Of a DNA stretch of 32,000 nucleotides, positions 17,705-25,102 are shown one piece after another. Under the pieces are notes generated by a model. It was given only the letters and a program-made list of their open reading frames with translations, made no database searches and was not told where the DNA came from. A program made the position numbers and the translations under genes. The stretch spans positions 30,001 to 62,000 of the forward strand of contig NZ_PQWO01000008.1 of NCBI RefSeq assembly GCF_003231495.1, read 5' to 3'. The first letter of the stretch is position 1; the number at the start of each line of letters is the position of its first letter. This DNA comes from Acaryochloris thomasi RCC1774. GTDB lineage: Bacteria; Cyanobacteriota; Cyanobacteriia; Thermosynechococcales; Thermosynechococcaceae.

Positions 17705-17730
17705 TAATTTCGTCTTTACTCGCACATCGC

Positions 17731-18882
17731 ATGGATAAATTTCTTCCCTTTGCTCAGCCAGATATTGATGAGCAAGAAATCAATCAGGTTGTCGATTCAC
17801 TCCGGTCCGGCTGGTTGACAACAGGTCCCAAGACAAAACAGTTTGAGACACAGTTCAGAGAGTTCCTTGGTGCCAATGTTGAAGTCGTTGCTGTCAATTC
17901 TGCGACAGCAGGCCTACATCTGGCTCTTGAAGCAATTGGGATTCAGCCAGGGGACGAAGTGATCACCACCGTTCATACATTTACCGCAACGGCGGAGGTG
18001 ATTCGCTACCTGGGAGCAGATCCTGTATTTGTTGATATTAACCCTACTACCCTCAACATAGATGTTGAACAGATAGAAGCGGCTATTTCCGAACGAACAA
18101 AGGCAATCATTCCCGTACATTTGGCAGGTTTGGCCTGTGAGATGGATGCAATTTTAGATATCGCTCAGCGGCATAATCTCAAGGTTGTTGAAGACGCGGC
18201 TCATGCCTTACCCACAAGTTATCGCCAGCAGCTGATTGGCACACTAGACAGCGAAGCTACGGTCTACAGCTTTTATGCGACGAAGACAATCACAACAGGT
18301 GAAGGTGGAATGCTGGTAACGCGCAATCGAGCCTTGGCCGATAGAGCACGTATCATGCGCTTACATGGCATAAACCGCGATGCTTTTGATCGATATACAT
18401 CTACTAAGCCATCCTGGTATTACGAAATCGTGGCACCTGGATTTAAATACAACATGACCGATTTAGCTGCATCTCTGGGTATTCCCCAGCTTGGAAAAGC
18501 CTGGAAATTCCAAAAGCGGCGTGCTGAGATAGCAAATCATTACAATACAGAATTGTCTAACCTCCCTTTAAAGCTGCCCGCTCATCCAAACACCGGGGAT
18601 ATTCATTCTTGGCATCTCTACATCATCCGCCTACAGGAATCAAGCAATCTGACACGTGACGATTTTATCCAGAAGATGGTTGAGCGAGGCATCGGTTGTA
18701 GCATTCACTATATTCCGCTCCATCTACATCCCTATTGGCGAGAGACCTATAACCTCTCTCCTGCAGACTTCCCTATCTCTTTAGCTACCTATGAACGTGC
18801 TGTTAGCCTTCCTCTCTATACAAAAATGACAGATGATGATTCTACCCGGGTTATTGACGCTGTCAAGGAAATTCTCCTCTGA
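17731..18882 (+). CDS. PLP-dependent sugar-nucleotide 4-aminotransferase (DegT/DnrJ/EryC1/StrS family, ArnB-like)
   Basis: 383 aa. FLPFAQP...[43 protein letters not shown]-lysine context [62 protein letters not shown]. Strongly colinear with E. coli ArnB as I recall it. The stop overlaps the next start by 1 nt (TGATG at 18880). Confidence 0.9.
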   Translation: MDKFLPFAQPDIDEQEINQVVDSLRSGWLTTGPKTKQFETQFREFLGANVEVVAVNSATAGLHLALEAIGIQPGDEVITTVHTFTATAEVIRYLGADPVFVDINPTTLNIDVEQIEAAISERTKAIIPVHLAGLACEMDAILDIAQRHNLKVVEDAAHALPTSYRQQLIGTLDSEATVYSFYATKTITTGEGGMLVTRNRALADRARIMRLHGINRDAFDRYTSTKPSWYYEIVAPGFKYNMTDLAASLGIPQLGKAWKFQKRRAEIANHYNTELSNLPLKLPAHPNTGDIHSWHLYIIRLQESSNLTRDDFIQKMVERGIGCSIHYIPLHLHPYWRETYNLSPADFPISLATYERAVSLPLYTKMTDDDSTRVIDAVKEILL

Positions 18883-19478
18883 TGAAAGCTAAGCGAGGGT
18901 TTGACTTTGTCTGTGCTTCGCTAGGCTTACTCATTCTTACGCCTCTATTTGTAGTCATCGCCATTGGGATTAAGCTCGATGATCGAGGATCTATTCTCTT
19001 TAGGCAGATACGTGTGGGGCAGCTTGGTCATGAGTTTGAGATCTATAAATTCAGAACGATGATCACGGATGCAGAAACATTAGGTCAGCAGATTACCGTC
19101 GGCAATGATTCACGGATTACGGGCATCGGTGCCTTATTAAGAAAGTACAAGCTAGATGAGTTACCGCAGCTCATTAATGTCTGGAAGGGTGAGATGAGTC
19201 TTGTCGGACCGCGTCCAGAGGTTCCCAAATATGTCAACCTTTACACCCCAGAGCAACGGAATGTTTTGAGCGTGCCGCCAGGCATTACCGATTTAGCATC
19301 AATCCAATTCAGGAATGAGAATGACCTTTTGGCCGGGGCATCCAACGCAGAAAAGACTTACGTTGAAGAAATCATGCCCAGGAAGCTGGAACTTAACCAA
19401 ATTTATATTAGTCAAGCAAGCTTGCTCTTCGACTTACGTCTTATTCTAGAGACGCTGCGCCAAATTGTCTTGAACTAA
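18882..19478 (+). CDS. small monotopic phosphoglycosyl transferase (Bac_transf family, PglC/WcfS/WbgY-like); initiating undecaprenyl-phosphate sugar-phosphate transferase
   Basis: 198 aa. N-terminal re-entrant helix FVCASLGLLILTPLFVVIAIGI. Motifs ILFRQIRVG, YKFRTM, LRKYKLDELPQLINVWKGEMSLVGPRPE and GITDLASI. Confidence 0.9.
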   Translation: MKAKRGFDFVCASLGLLILTPLFVVIAIGIKLDDRGSILFRQIRVGQLGHEFEIYKFRTMITDAETLGQQITVGNDSRITGIGALLRKYKLDELPQLINVWKGEMSLVGPRPEVPKYVNLYTPEQRNVLSVPPGITDLASIQFRNENDLLAGASNAEKTYVEEIMPRKLELNQIYISQASLLFDLRLILETLRQIVLN

Positions 19479-19789
19479 GGTTTTACTGAATCTATTCACT
19501 AATGCTAGTGCGCATCGCTTCTATAATTTTTACAGATCAAATCAAGTGTTGAGTTCTCAAGCTAATATCTAGCATCAAGGTAGGATGATGTCATTTAGAA
19601 TCTACGGTTTCCGAAAGTACAAGCGAAGAAACTGCATTGGCGATTAGGGATATACCCCCTCTCCAACACACAAATGAGCTAAAATTTCTGAACTAAGGGC
19701 CAGTCAGTTGTGAGCTTGGCAAACGATAAGGCATAAGAAATTAGGGAGCCTTACCAAGCAACGCTCCACTCACATTGGCTCATCACGTT

Positions 19790-19809
19790 ACTCACTCAAG
19801 AGAGTGAGT
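19790..19809 (+). promoter_or_regulatory. 8-bp stem / 4-nt loop hairpin in the wzc 5' leader
   Basis: ACTCACTC (19790..19797), loop AAGA, GAGTGAGT (19802..19809). It ends 24 nt before the wzc ATG (19834). A second ACTCAC copy at 19768..19773 could pair with the same 3' arm. No function has been demonstrated. Confidence 0.25.
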
Positions 19810-19833
19810 TGAATTCTACATACCATAAGTCCT

Positions 19834-22071
19834 ATGCCAGCAGAGTATCAGCTTGAAGAAGAAGTCATCGATCTAGGGAAATATTGGCTGATTCTCAAGA
19901 GGCGCTGGTTACCAGCTACGATCATCTTCCTGTTGATGTTTTCAACCGCAACTCTTGCTGCATTTCTGAAGGCTCCGATATATCAATCACAAGGCACGCT
20001 TCGGATTAAAGAATCGCAGTCTGGCTTAACAGAACTTGACCTAGGAGGAATTAGTCCCTTATCCGGTGACAGCAGTCCTTTAGACACCGAGATTGAAACC
20101 ATTTTATCCGTCCCTGTACTGCAAGAAGCCCTGAAGCAGCTAAAGCTAACAGATGACGAAGGGGAACCGCTCAAGATTTTTGACTTCGAAGAACAACTCA
20201 GCATCAAAAAAGCTAGAGCTGGCGATGTTATTGAGCTTGCCTACGAATCAGAAGACCCTGAAGAAGCGGCGTTAGTCATCAACACCTTAATGAAGGTGTA
20301 CTTAGCTGACAACCTGCGCATCAATCGTCTAGAGGCATCATCAGCTCGGCAATATATTGATCAAGAACTCCCAAAGACAAGGGAAAAGATAGAAAATCTC
20401 GAAGAACAACTCCGTCGCTTCAAAGAGACCAACAAAATTGTAGCCATTGATAAAGAGGCCGAAGTCGCGGTCGAAGCAGTCATCAGACTCGCCGAGAAAA
20501 TTAATGAAGCACAGGGAAGAGCAATTAGTGCTCAGGCACAATCTGACTCTCTACGTAAACAGTTAGGCATAGACAAGCAAAAGTCCATCGCCAGTACCAC
20601 CCTAAGTCAATCACCCGGTGTTCAAGTTGTTTTACAACAACTGCAAGAAGTGGAGGGTCAATTGGCCGTGGAAGGAACTCGCCTAACTCCAGAGAACCCG
20701 ATACTTCAGGATCTACAAGAGCAAGCATCTACCTTACGAGCAACACTTCAAAATCGAGTAGGGGAAGCTTTAGGAGTTCCATCATCTCCGACTCAGGGGA
20801 CTGGGCAACTCCAGGTCGGCGAACTGCAGCAAAGGGCAACCAGCGAATTGGTACGTTTCGAGACAGAACGCTTAGCAGCGGAACAAGTTGCGGCAGCTCT
20901 GGCTACATCTCAAACTGACTTTCAACAGCGAACAGAGGCAATCCCCGCCCTTGAGAAACAGCTTCGTCAACTCCTGAGAGATGTTGAAATATCGCAGGAA
21001 ATTTATGCGAACCTCGTTAGAAAATTGCAAGAGATTCAAGTCCTAGAGCAACAAAATCTGGGCAATGCGAGAATTCTATCGCCCGCATTGATCCCTGAAG
21101 AACCGATCGCACCTCGAAAGCTGCTGTATATCTTTTCAGGATTCGTTTTAGGCAGCTTGCTAGCCTTTGGGGTCGCACTATTGCTAGATTCTCGAGATAA
21201 GTCCGTGAAAACGCTAGAAGATATCAAAGCACTGTTCTCTGACTACACGATGCTAGGCGTCATTCCTGCGATAGAAGGCGTCCAGACGAAAATCAAAGAG
21301 AAAGGGGCAAGCGTTGCAGCAGATGTAAAGCGCGATCTATACGTTCGCGATACCCCCAACTCCCCCCCCAGTGAAGCAGTCAGAATGGTGCAGTCGAATC
21401 TCAAGTACCTCAATTCTGACAAGCCCCTCAAAGTCATTGTCATGACCAGCGGCATCCCTTCTGAAGGGAAATCAACCGCATCAGCCAACTTAGCGATGGC
21501 GATGGCAGAATTGGGACAAAAAGTCTTACTGGTAGACGCTGATTTACGCCGTCCAGTCCAACATCGAACGTGGGAGCTCTTAAATCGCGTGGGCCTCAGT
21601 GATGTATTAGTCGGTGAAGCAACGCTAGAGGATGCCATTCAAGAAGGTGAGACGAACTTAGATGTATTGACGGCCGGCGTGTTGCCGCCGAATCCATCTG
21701 CGTTAATTGACTCTGACCATATGGTCAACTTACTGCAGGAGTTTGGCAGACGGTATCGCTACGTGATCATTGACTCACCGCCCTTGAGTGCAGCAGCTGA
21801 CACGCTCACACTCAGCCGGATGGCTGATGGATTGCTACTCGTCGTACGTCCTGGCGTGGCTGAAACGGGAAGTGTTGCTTTGTCGAAAGAATTGCTCAAA
21901 CAGCCAGGGCACAATTTATTGGGTGTAATCGCTAATGGTGTGACGCCAGATCAACAGCCCTCCTATAGTTCCTATTACTACTCATACAACCAAATAAACC
22001 ACGAAGACTCCGAGCCCTCAGTTCCCATTGGTGATGTCCCCGTAAAAAGCAAAGATCGTCCTAGGGAGTAA
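19834..22071 (+). CDS. wzc: polysaccharide co-polymerase / BY-family tyrosine autokinase (Wzc-like, PCP-2a)
   Basis: 745 aa. N-terminal TM and Wzz-like region, then a long coiled-coil periplasmic domain. A Pro-rich segment (LSPALIPEEPIAPRK) precedes TM2. Kinase domain has Walker A SGIPSEGKST, Walker A' VLLVDADLRRP and Walker B VIIDSPP. C-terminal Tyr cluster PSYSSYYYSY. Confidence 0.9.
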   Translation: MPAEYQLEEEVIDLGKYWLILKRRWLPATIIFLLMFSTATLAAFLKAPIYQSQGTLRIKESQSGLTELDLGGISPLSGDSSPLDTEIETILSVPVLQEALKQLKLTDDEGEPLKIFDFEEQLSIKKARAGDVIELAYESEDPEEAALVINTLMKVYLADNLRINRLEASSARQYIDQELPKTREKIENLEEQLRRFKETNKIVAIDKEAEVAVEAVIRLAEKINEAQGRAISAQAQSDSLRKQLGIDKQKSIASTTLSQSPGVQVVLQQLQEVEGQLAVEGTRLTPENPILQDLQEQASTLRATLQNRVGEALGVPSSPTQGTGQLQVGELQQRATSELVRFETERLAAEQVAAALATSQTDFQQRTEAIPALEKQLRQLLRDVEISQEIYANLVRKLQEIQVLEQQNLGNARILSPALIPEEPIAPRKLLYIFSGFVLGSLLAFGVALLLDSRDKSVKTLEDIKALFSDYTMLGVIPAIEGVQTKIKEKGASVAADVKRDLYVRDTPNSPPSEAVRMVQSNLKYLNSDKPLKVIVMTSGIPSEGKSTASANLAMAMAELGQKVLLVDADLRRPVQHRTWELLNRVGLSDVLVGEATLEDAIQEGETNLDVLTAGVLPPNPSALIDSDHMVNLLQEFGRRYRYVIIDSPPLSAAADTLTLSRMADGLLLVVRPGVAETGSVALSKELLKQPGHNLLGVIANGVTPDQQPSYSSYYYSYNQINHEDSEPSVPIGDVPVKSKDRPRE

Positions 22072-22091
22072 CTCAGAAACAGAGATGCAGC

Positions 22092-23294
22092 CTATTCTGA
22101 TTGGCAAATCTGTAGTGCTTCCATCGACTCTGAAACAGTGCGATACCGAGCCTGAAGATCAGGGTGGGTCATTCGTTCAATCACTGAACGGAGTGAGAAA
22201 GGAACCTGTGGTAGAGCCGTCCATTCAATATGTTGATCTGTTCGCCTGACGTTGAAGTACTGCCCCTGTTCCTGGCCGGTTAGCAAAAAGAGCAGCGTAG
22301 ATCCTAATCGATACACATCTGATTGCACGGTTGGTGGAACTGCGGGAAAAGTGCCAAAGCCGGCCGCCCTAAGACTACCAAAGTTAGTGAGGACCGTACC
22401 TTGTCCCTGAGGGCGAATAAGAACATTGCTCGGTGTAAGATTTTGATGAATTATGGTTGACTCGTGGGAGTGAAGAGCCTCAAGGCTATCACCCATAGAT
22501 AAAAGGAATTTGATGGCTATTGGCACCGTCGGTCTTTCTTGCCGAACCCACTCTTTCAAACTCACACCAGAAAGATGCTCCATAACAACATATCGGTAGG
22601 GACCTTCATAGAGAAAATCCACAACCTTAACCACACCTGGATGGTTGAAAGCACGCAGCCGTAGCACTTCCTGCTCAAATCGAGCTTGAGCTTGCGAAAA
22701 AATCTCAGGCTTAAACCGCCTGAGAACATAGAAAGAAGCCTTCTCTGAAAGGTCCTGAACGAGAAAAGCAGCCTCTCGTTCTTGAAACTCTAAGATTTGG
22801 ACCACTTGAAAGTGCCCAACCGTCTCTCGTGCTTGGAGTAGCTCGCCACAGTGAATACAGAATCGATTGCCTGGTTCATTATTTTCGTGGGCACAATAAT
22901 TTACGGCCAATTGCTGTTCCTCATCCAAAGCTTGAGAGCAACAATCAGCAGCCTCCCTGGAAACAGAAGACAATTCCTGCATGCTTAGCTCAAACCTCAG
23001 CACAGGCCCCGAAAGCCCTAATTGGATGAGGTCTCCATCAACAATATCTGCCTGAGTCACAAACTTTCCGTTTACAAGCGTTCCATTGGTTCCAAGCCCC
23101 TGAAGTTGCCATCCCTTTTGAGCAGGGCTAGAATCAGCATCAGAGGAAGTAGGACTCAGTTCTAGATGATAGCGAGAGACCTGTTCGTCAGCCAAAACGA
23201 CGTCATTATCAAGTGCACGCCCGACTTTAACCCTTGCATGTAATTCAAATTGCCATTGCTGATGCTCAGAGTCTAGAAGTATTAACGTAATCAC
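22092..23294 (-). CDS. FHA domain / zinc-ribbon / Ser-Thr-kinase-like domain protein, predicted pseudokinase
   Basis: 400 aa, GTG start. FHA-like N-terminus (VKVGRALDNDVVLADEQVSRYHLEL...GTNGTLVNG...GDLIQLG). CxH...CIHC ribbon (CAHENNEPGNRFCIHCG). The kinase fold is recognisable (FEQEVLRLRAFNHPGVVKV, YVVMEHLSGVSL, SDVYRLGSTLLFLLTG). However, the G-loop is absent, HRDLKPSN reads HQNLTPSN and DFG reads NFG. Confidence 0.8.
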   Translation of the reverse strand: MITLILLDSEHQQWQFELHARVKVGRALDNDVVLADEQVSRYHLELSPTSSDADSSPAQKGWQLQGLGTNGTLVNGKFVTQADIVDGDLIQLGLSGPVLRFELSMQELSSVSREAADCCSQALDEEQQLAVNYCAHENNEPGNRFCIHCGELLQARETVGHFQVVQILEFQEREAAFLVQDLSEKASFYVLRRFKPEIFSQAQARFEQEVLRLRAFNHPGVVKVVDFLYEGPYRYVVMEHLSGVSLKEWVRQERPTVPIAIKFLLSMGDSLEALHSHESTIIHQNLTPSNVLIRPQGQGTVLTNFGSLRAAGFGTFPAVPPTVQSDVYRLGSTLLFLLTGQEQGQYFNVRRTDQHIEWTALPQVPFSLRSVIERMTHPDLQARYRTVSESMEALQICQSE

Positions 23295-23322
23295 AAAGAC
23301 TGCAACCGTAGAGGGTTAGGAA

Positions 23323-24279
23323 TCAATGCCCCGTTCGAATATTTTGCTGCTGAGGGTGTACTTTGATCCGGATGGCTAATACGGTCACATTATCGTGGCC
23401 ATTATATTGATTGGCAAGATTAATGAGCTGATTCACACCTTGCTGCAGACCCGTCCGATGATCCAAGATTGGCATTAAATGAGTTGAGCAGTGCGTTTCT
23501 AAAAGATCATGGTCCGTCAACCCATCCGAACACAGGAGCAGCACTGTATCTTCAGCAATCGTAAGAGAGGCAATTTCTGGCATAATCTCTCCATTCTTAC
23601 GAGGACCCAAGGCCTGGGTTAGCTGATAGGCATCCGACCGACCATAGGCAACCTTGGGGTCAATTCCCCGTTGAATCTCTTGCTGACCCACTTCGTGATC
23701 AACCGTCAACTGCTCCAACCCTTGGCTAGCAGTAAGGGCATAAATACGACTATCCCCGACGTGGGCCAAGAGAACTTCAGTATCTTGAAATAAAGCAAGA
23801 ACCATGGTTGTCCCCATACGATCTTGGCTTGACCTCGCCCCCTTGCCCTCGTTGACTTTATAGATCGCTTGATTCGCAGCGAGAACCGACTCCATAAGGC
23901 TATCGTGACTCGGTAGCGCATCATCCTGCCACCGTTGGTTGATCTGTTGAACGATGGCTTCTGTAGCCAAAGCACTGGCCACTTCACCCTTAGCATGTCC
24001 TCCCATACCATCACAGAGAACGTATAACCCTCTTAAAGAAACCGCGTGACGCTTAGGATTGCTCTGCTGAGTAAATTGATGGCTGATGAAAAAGAAGTCT
24101 TCATTATGTTGGCGCTCTCGCCCAACATCTGTCTGACCAGCAGCCTCAGCTTCTAGCATCTGGCTAGGGAGAATGTCAGTCACATCATCTCCTTCAGCAG
24201 GCTCTAAGGCAGAGAATTCAGGCGAGGTACTGGAACCTATCATTTCAGGAGTCACCTCTAACGGGAGTTTATCGCTCAT
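23323..24279 (-). CDS. PP2C (PPM) family Ser/Thr protein phosphatase
   Basis: 318 aa. TDVGRERQHNEDFF, LYVLCDGMGGHAKGEVAS, GTTMVLAL, AHVGDSRIY, LLLCSDGLTD and GHDNVTVLAI. All metal-binding Asp motifs appear intact. There is an N-terminal acidic extension of about 50 aa. It lies 28 bp upstream of the FHA gene on the same strand. Confidence 0.9.
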   Translation of the reverse strand: MSDKLPLEVTPEMIGSSTSPEFSALEPAEGDDVTDILPSQMLEAEAAGQTDVGRERQHNEDFFFISHQFTQQSNPKRHAVSLRGLYVLCDGMGGHAKGEVASALATEAIVQQINQRWQDDALPSHDSLMESVLAANQAIYKVNEGKGARSSQDRMGTTMVLALFQDTEVLLAHVGDSRIYALTASQGLEQLTVDHEVGQQEIQRGIDPKVAYGRSDAYQLTQALGPRKNGEIMPEIASLTIAEDTVLLLCSDGLTDHDLLETHCSTHLMPILDHRTGLQQGVNQLINLANQYNGHDNVTVLAIRIKVHPQQQNIRTGH

Positions 24280-24363
24280 AGGTTCTCGTGCTTTTGGTCA
24301 TCCGTAGAGTAACAGTTTTTACCTACACACAAAAGCACATGTAAAGAGGTCTCAGAATCAGCA

Positions 24364-24963
24364 CTATCGATGAGGAGCAGATGGCTCAACCAGACAGCGG
24401 AGCTGCTCAATCTCTTCCACCGTGAGAGACCTCCATTGACCAGGAAGCAGCGCCTCTAGGCTAAGAGGGCCGATGGAAATCCGAATCAGCCGTAGGGTGG
24501 GGAAGCCAATGGCTGCCGTCATACGGCGCACCTGTCGATTCCGCCCCTCGGTCAGGGTCATCTCAAGCCAGGCGGTCGGCACAGTCTGCCGTACCCGAAT
24601 CGGCGGGTCGCGCGGAGGCAGATCAGGTGCCCTCGGCAGAAGCTTAACTTGGGCTGGACGGGCCTGATATTTTTGAATTTTGATTCCCTGGCTCAACGGT
24701 TCTAAATCATGGGAAGCAGGAATCCGCTCAACTTGCACCCAATAGGTTCGAGGATGAGAAAATCGAGGGTCGCTGAGACGATGCTGCATCCAGCCATGAT
24801 TGGTCAACAGCAGCAAGCCTTCACTATCCCGATCTAAACGCCCTACCGGATATACATCTGGAACCGGAATATAGTCTTTGAGAGTTATGCGCCCTTGTTG
24901 ATCGCTAAACTGGCTCAGGACACCATAGGGCTTGTAAAACAGAATATATTTCTGCACGATCAC
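24364..24963 (-). CDS. rluE: 23S rRNA pseudouridine synthase, RluE-like (RsuA family without S4 domain)
   Basis: 199 aa. [15 protein letters not shown], catalytic-Asp motif [65 protein letters not shown]. Colinear with E. coli RluE as recalled. Confidence 0.85.
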   Translation of the reverse strand: MIVQKYILFYKPYGVLSQFSDQQGRITLKDYIPVPDVYPVGRLDRDSEGLLLLTNHGWMQHRLSDPRFSHPRTYWVQVERIPASHDLEPLSQGIKIQKYQARPAQVKLLPRAPDLPPRDPPIRVRQTVPTAWLEMTLTEGRNRQVRRMTAAIGFPTLRLIRISIGPLSLEALLPGQWRSLTVEEIEQLRCLVEPSAPHR

Positions 24964-25102
24964 GGTTCTACAGTTTCTATCTATCCTGGTGGCCAGTCAT
25001 GAAGGGCGTCAATGAGGAGCACTAAATTGTTGCAAAGCTGGACCATTGATCACCAATTCTGGTTACGCTTAAACGAGATTACTTTTAACCGGATAAGCTG
25101 GG

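Noticed and set aside
1796-18882. An Arn-type L-Ara4N lipid A modification pathway (ArnT-like GT-C at 1796 plus ArnB-like aminotransferase at 17731)
   Set aside because: The two genes are 14 kb apart and in different contexts. ArnA, ArnC, ArnD and ArnE/F equivalents are absent. The aminotransferase overlaps a PglC-type initiator inside a repeat-unit polysaccharide locus, so ArnB-like sequence similarity most likely reflects the broader DegT family.
21243-21638. 131-aa antisense ORF inside wzc. The same applies to 19983..20207, 20341..20541, 20525..20728 and 21036..21227, to 23706..24014 inside the PP2C gene, and to 31162..31479 inside era.
   Set aside because: All are antisense to, or out of frame within, genes whose products carry strong family motifs. 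They are rich in Ser/Arg/Cys, as expected for reverse-strand shadows.
22092-23294. Annotation as an active Ser/Thr protein kinase
   Set aside because: The HRD Asp, the DFG Asp, the catalytic-loop Lys and the Gly-rich loop are all replaced in my alignment. I call it a pseudokinase instead, pending profile alignment.
23333-23340. GTTCGAAT, a tRNA T-arm-like string
   Set aside because: It lies within the PP2C coding sequence. No acceptor or anticodon stems can be drawn around it. I found no tRNA anywhere else in the window.
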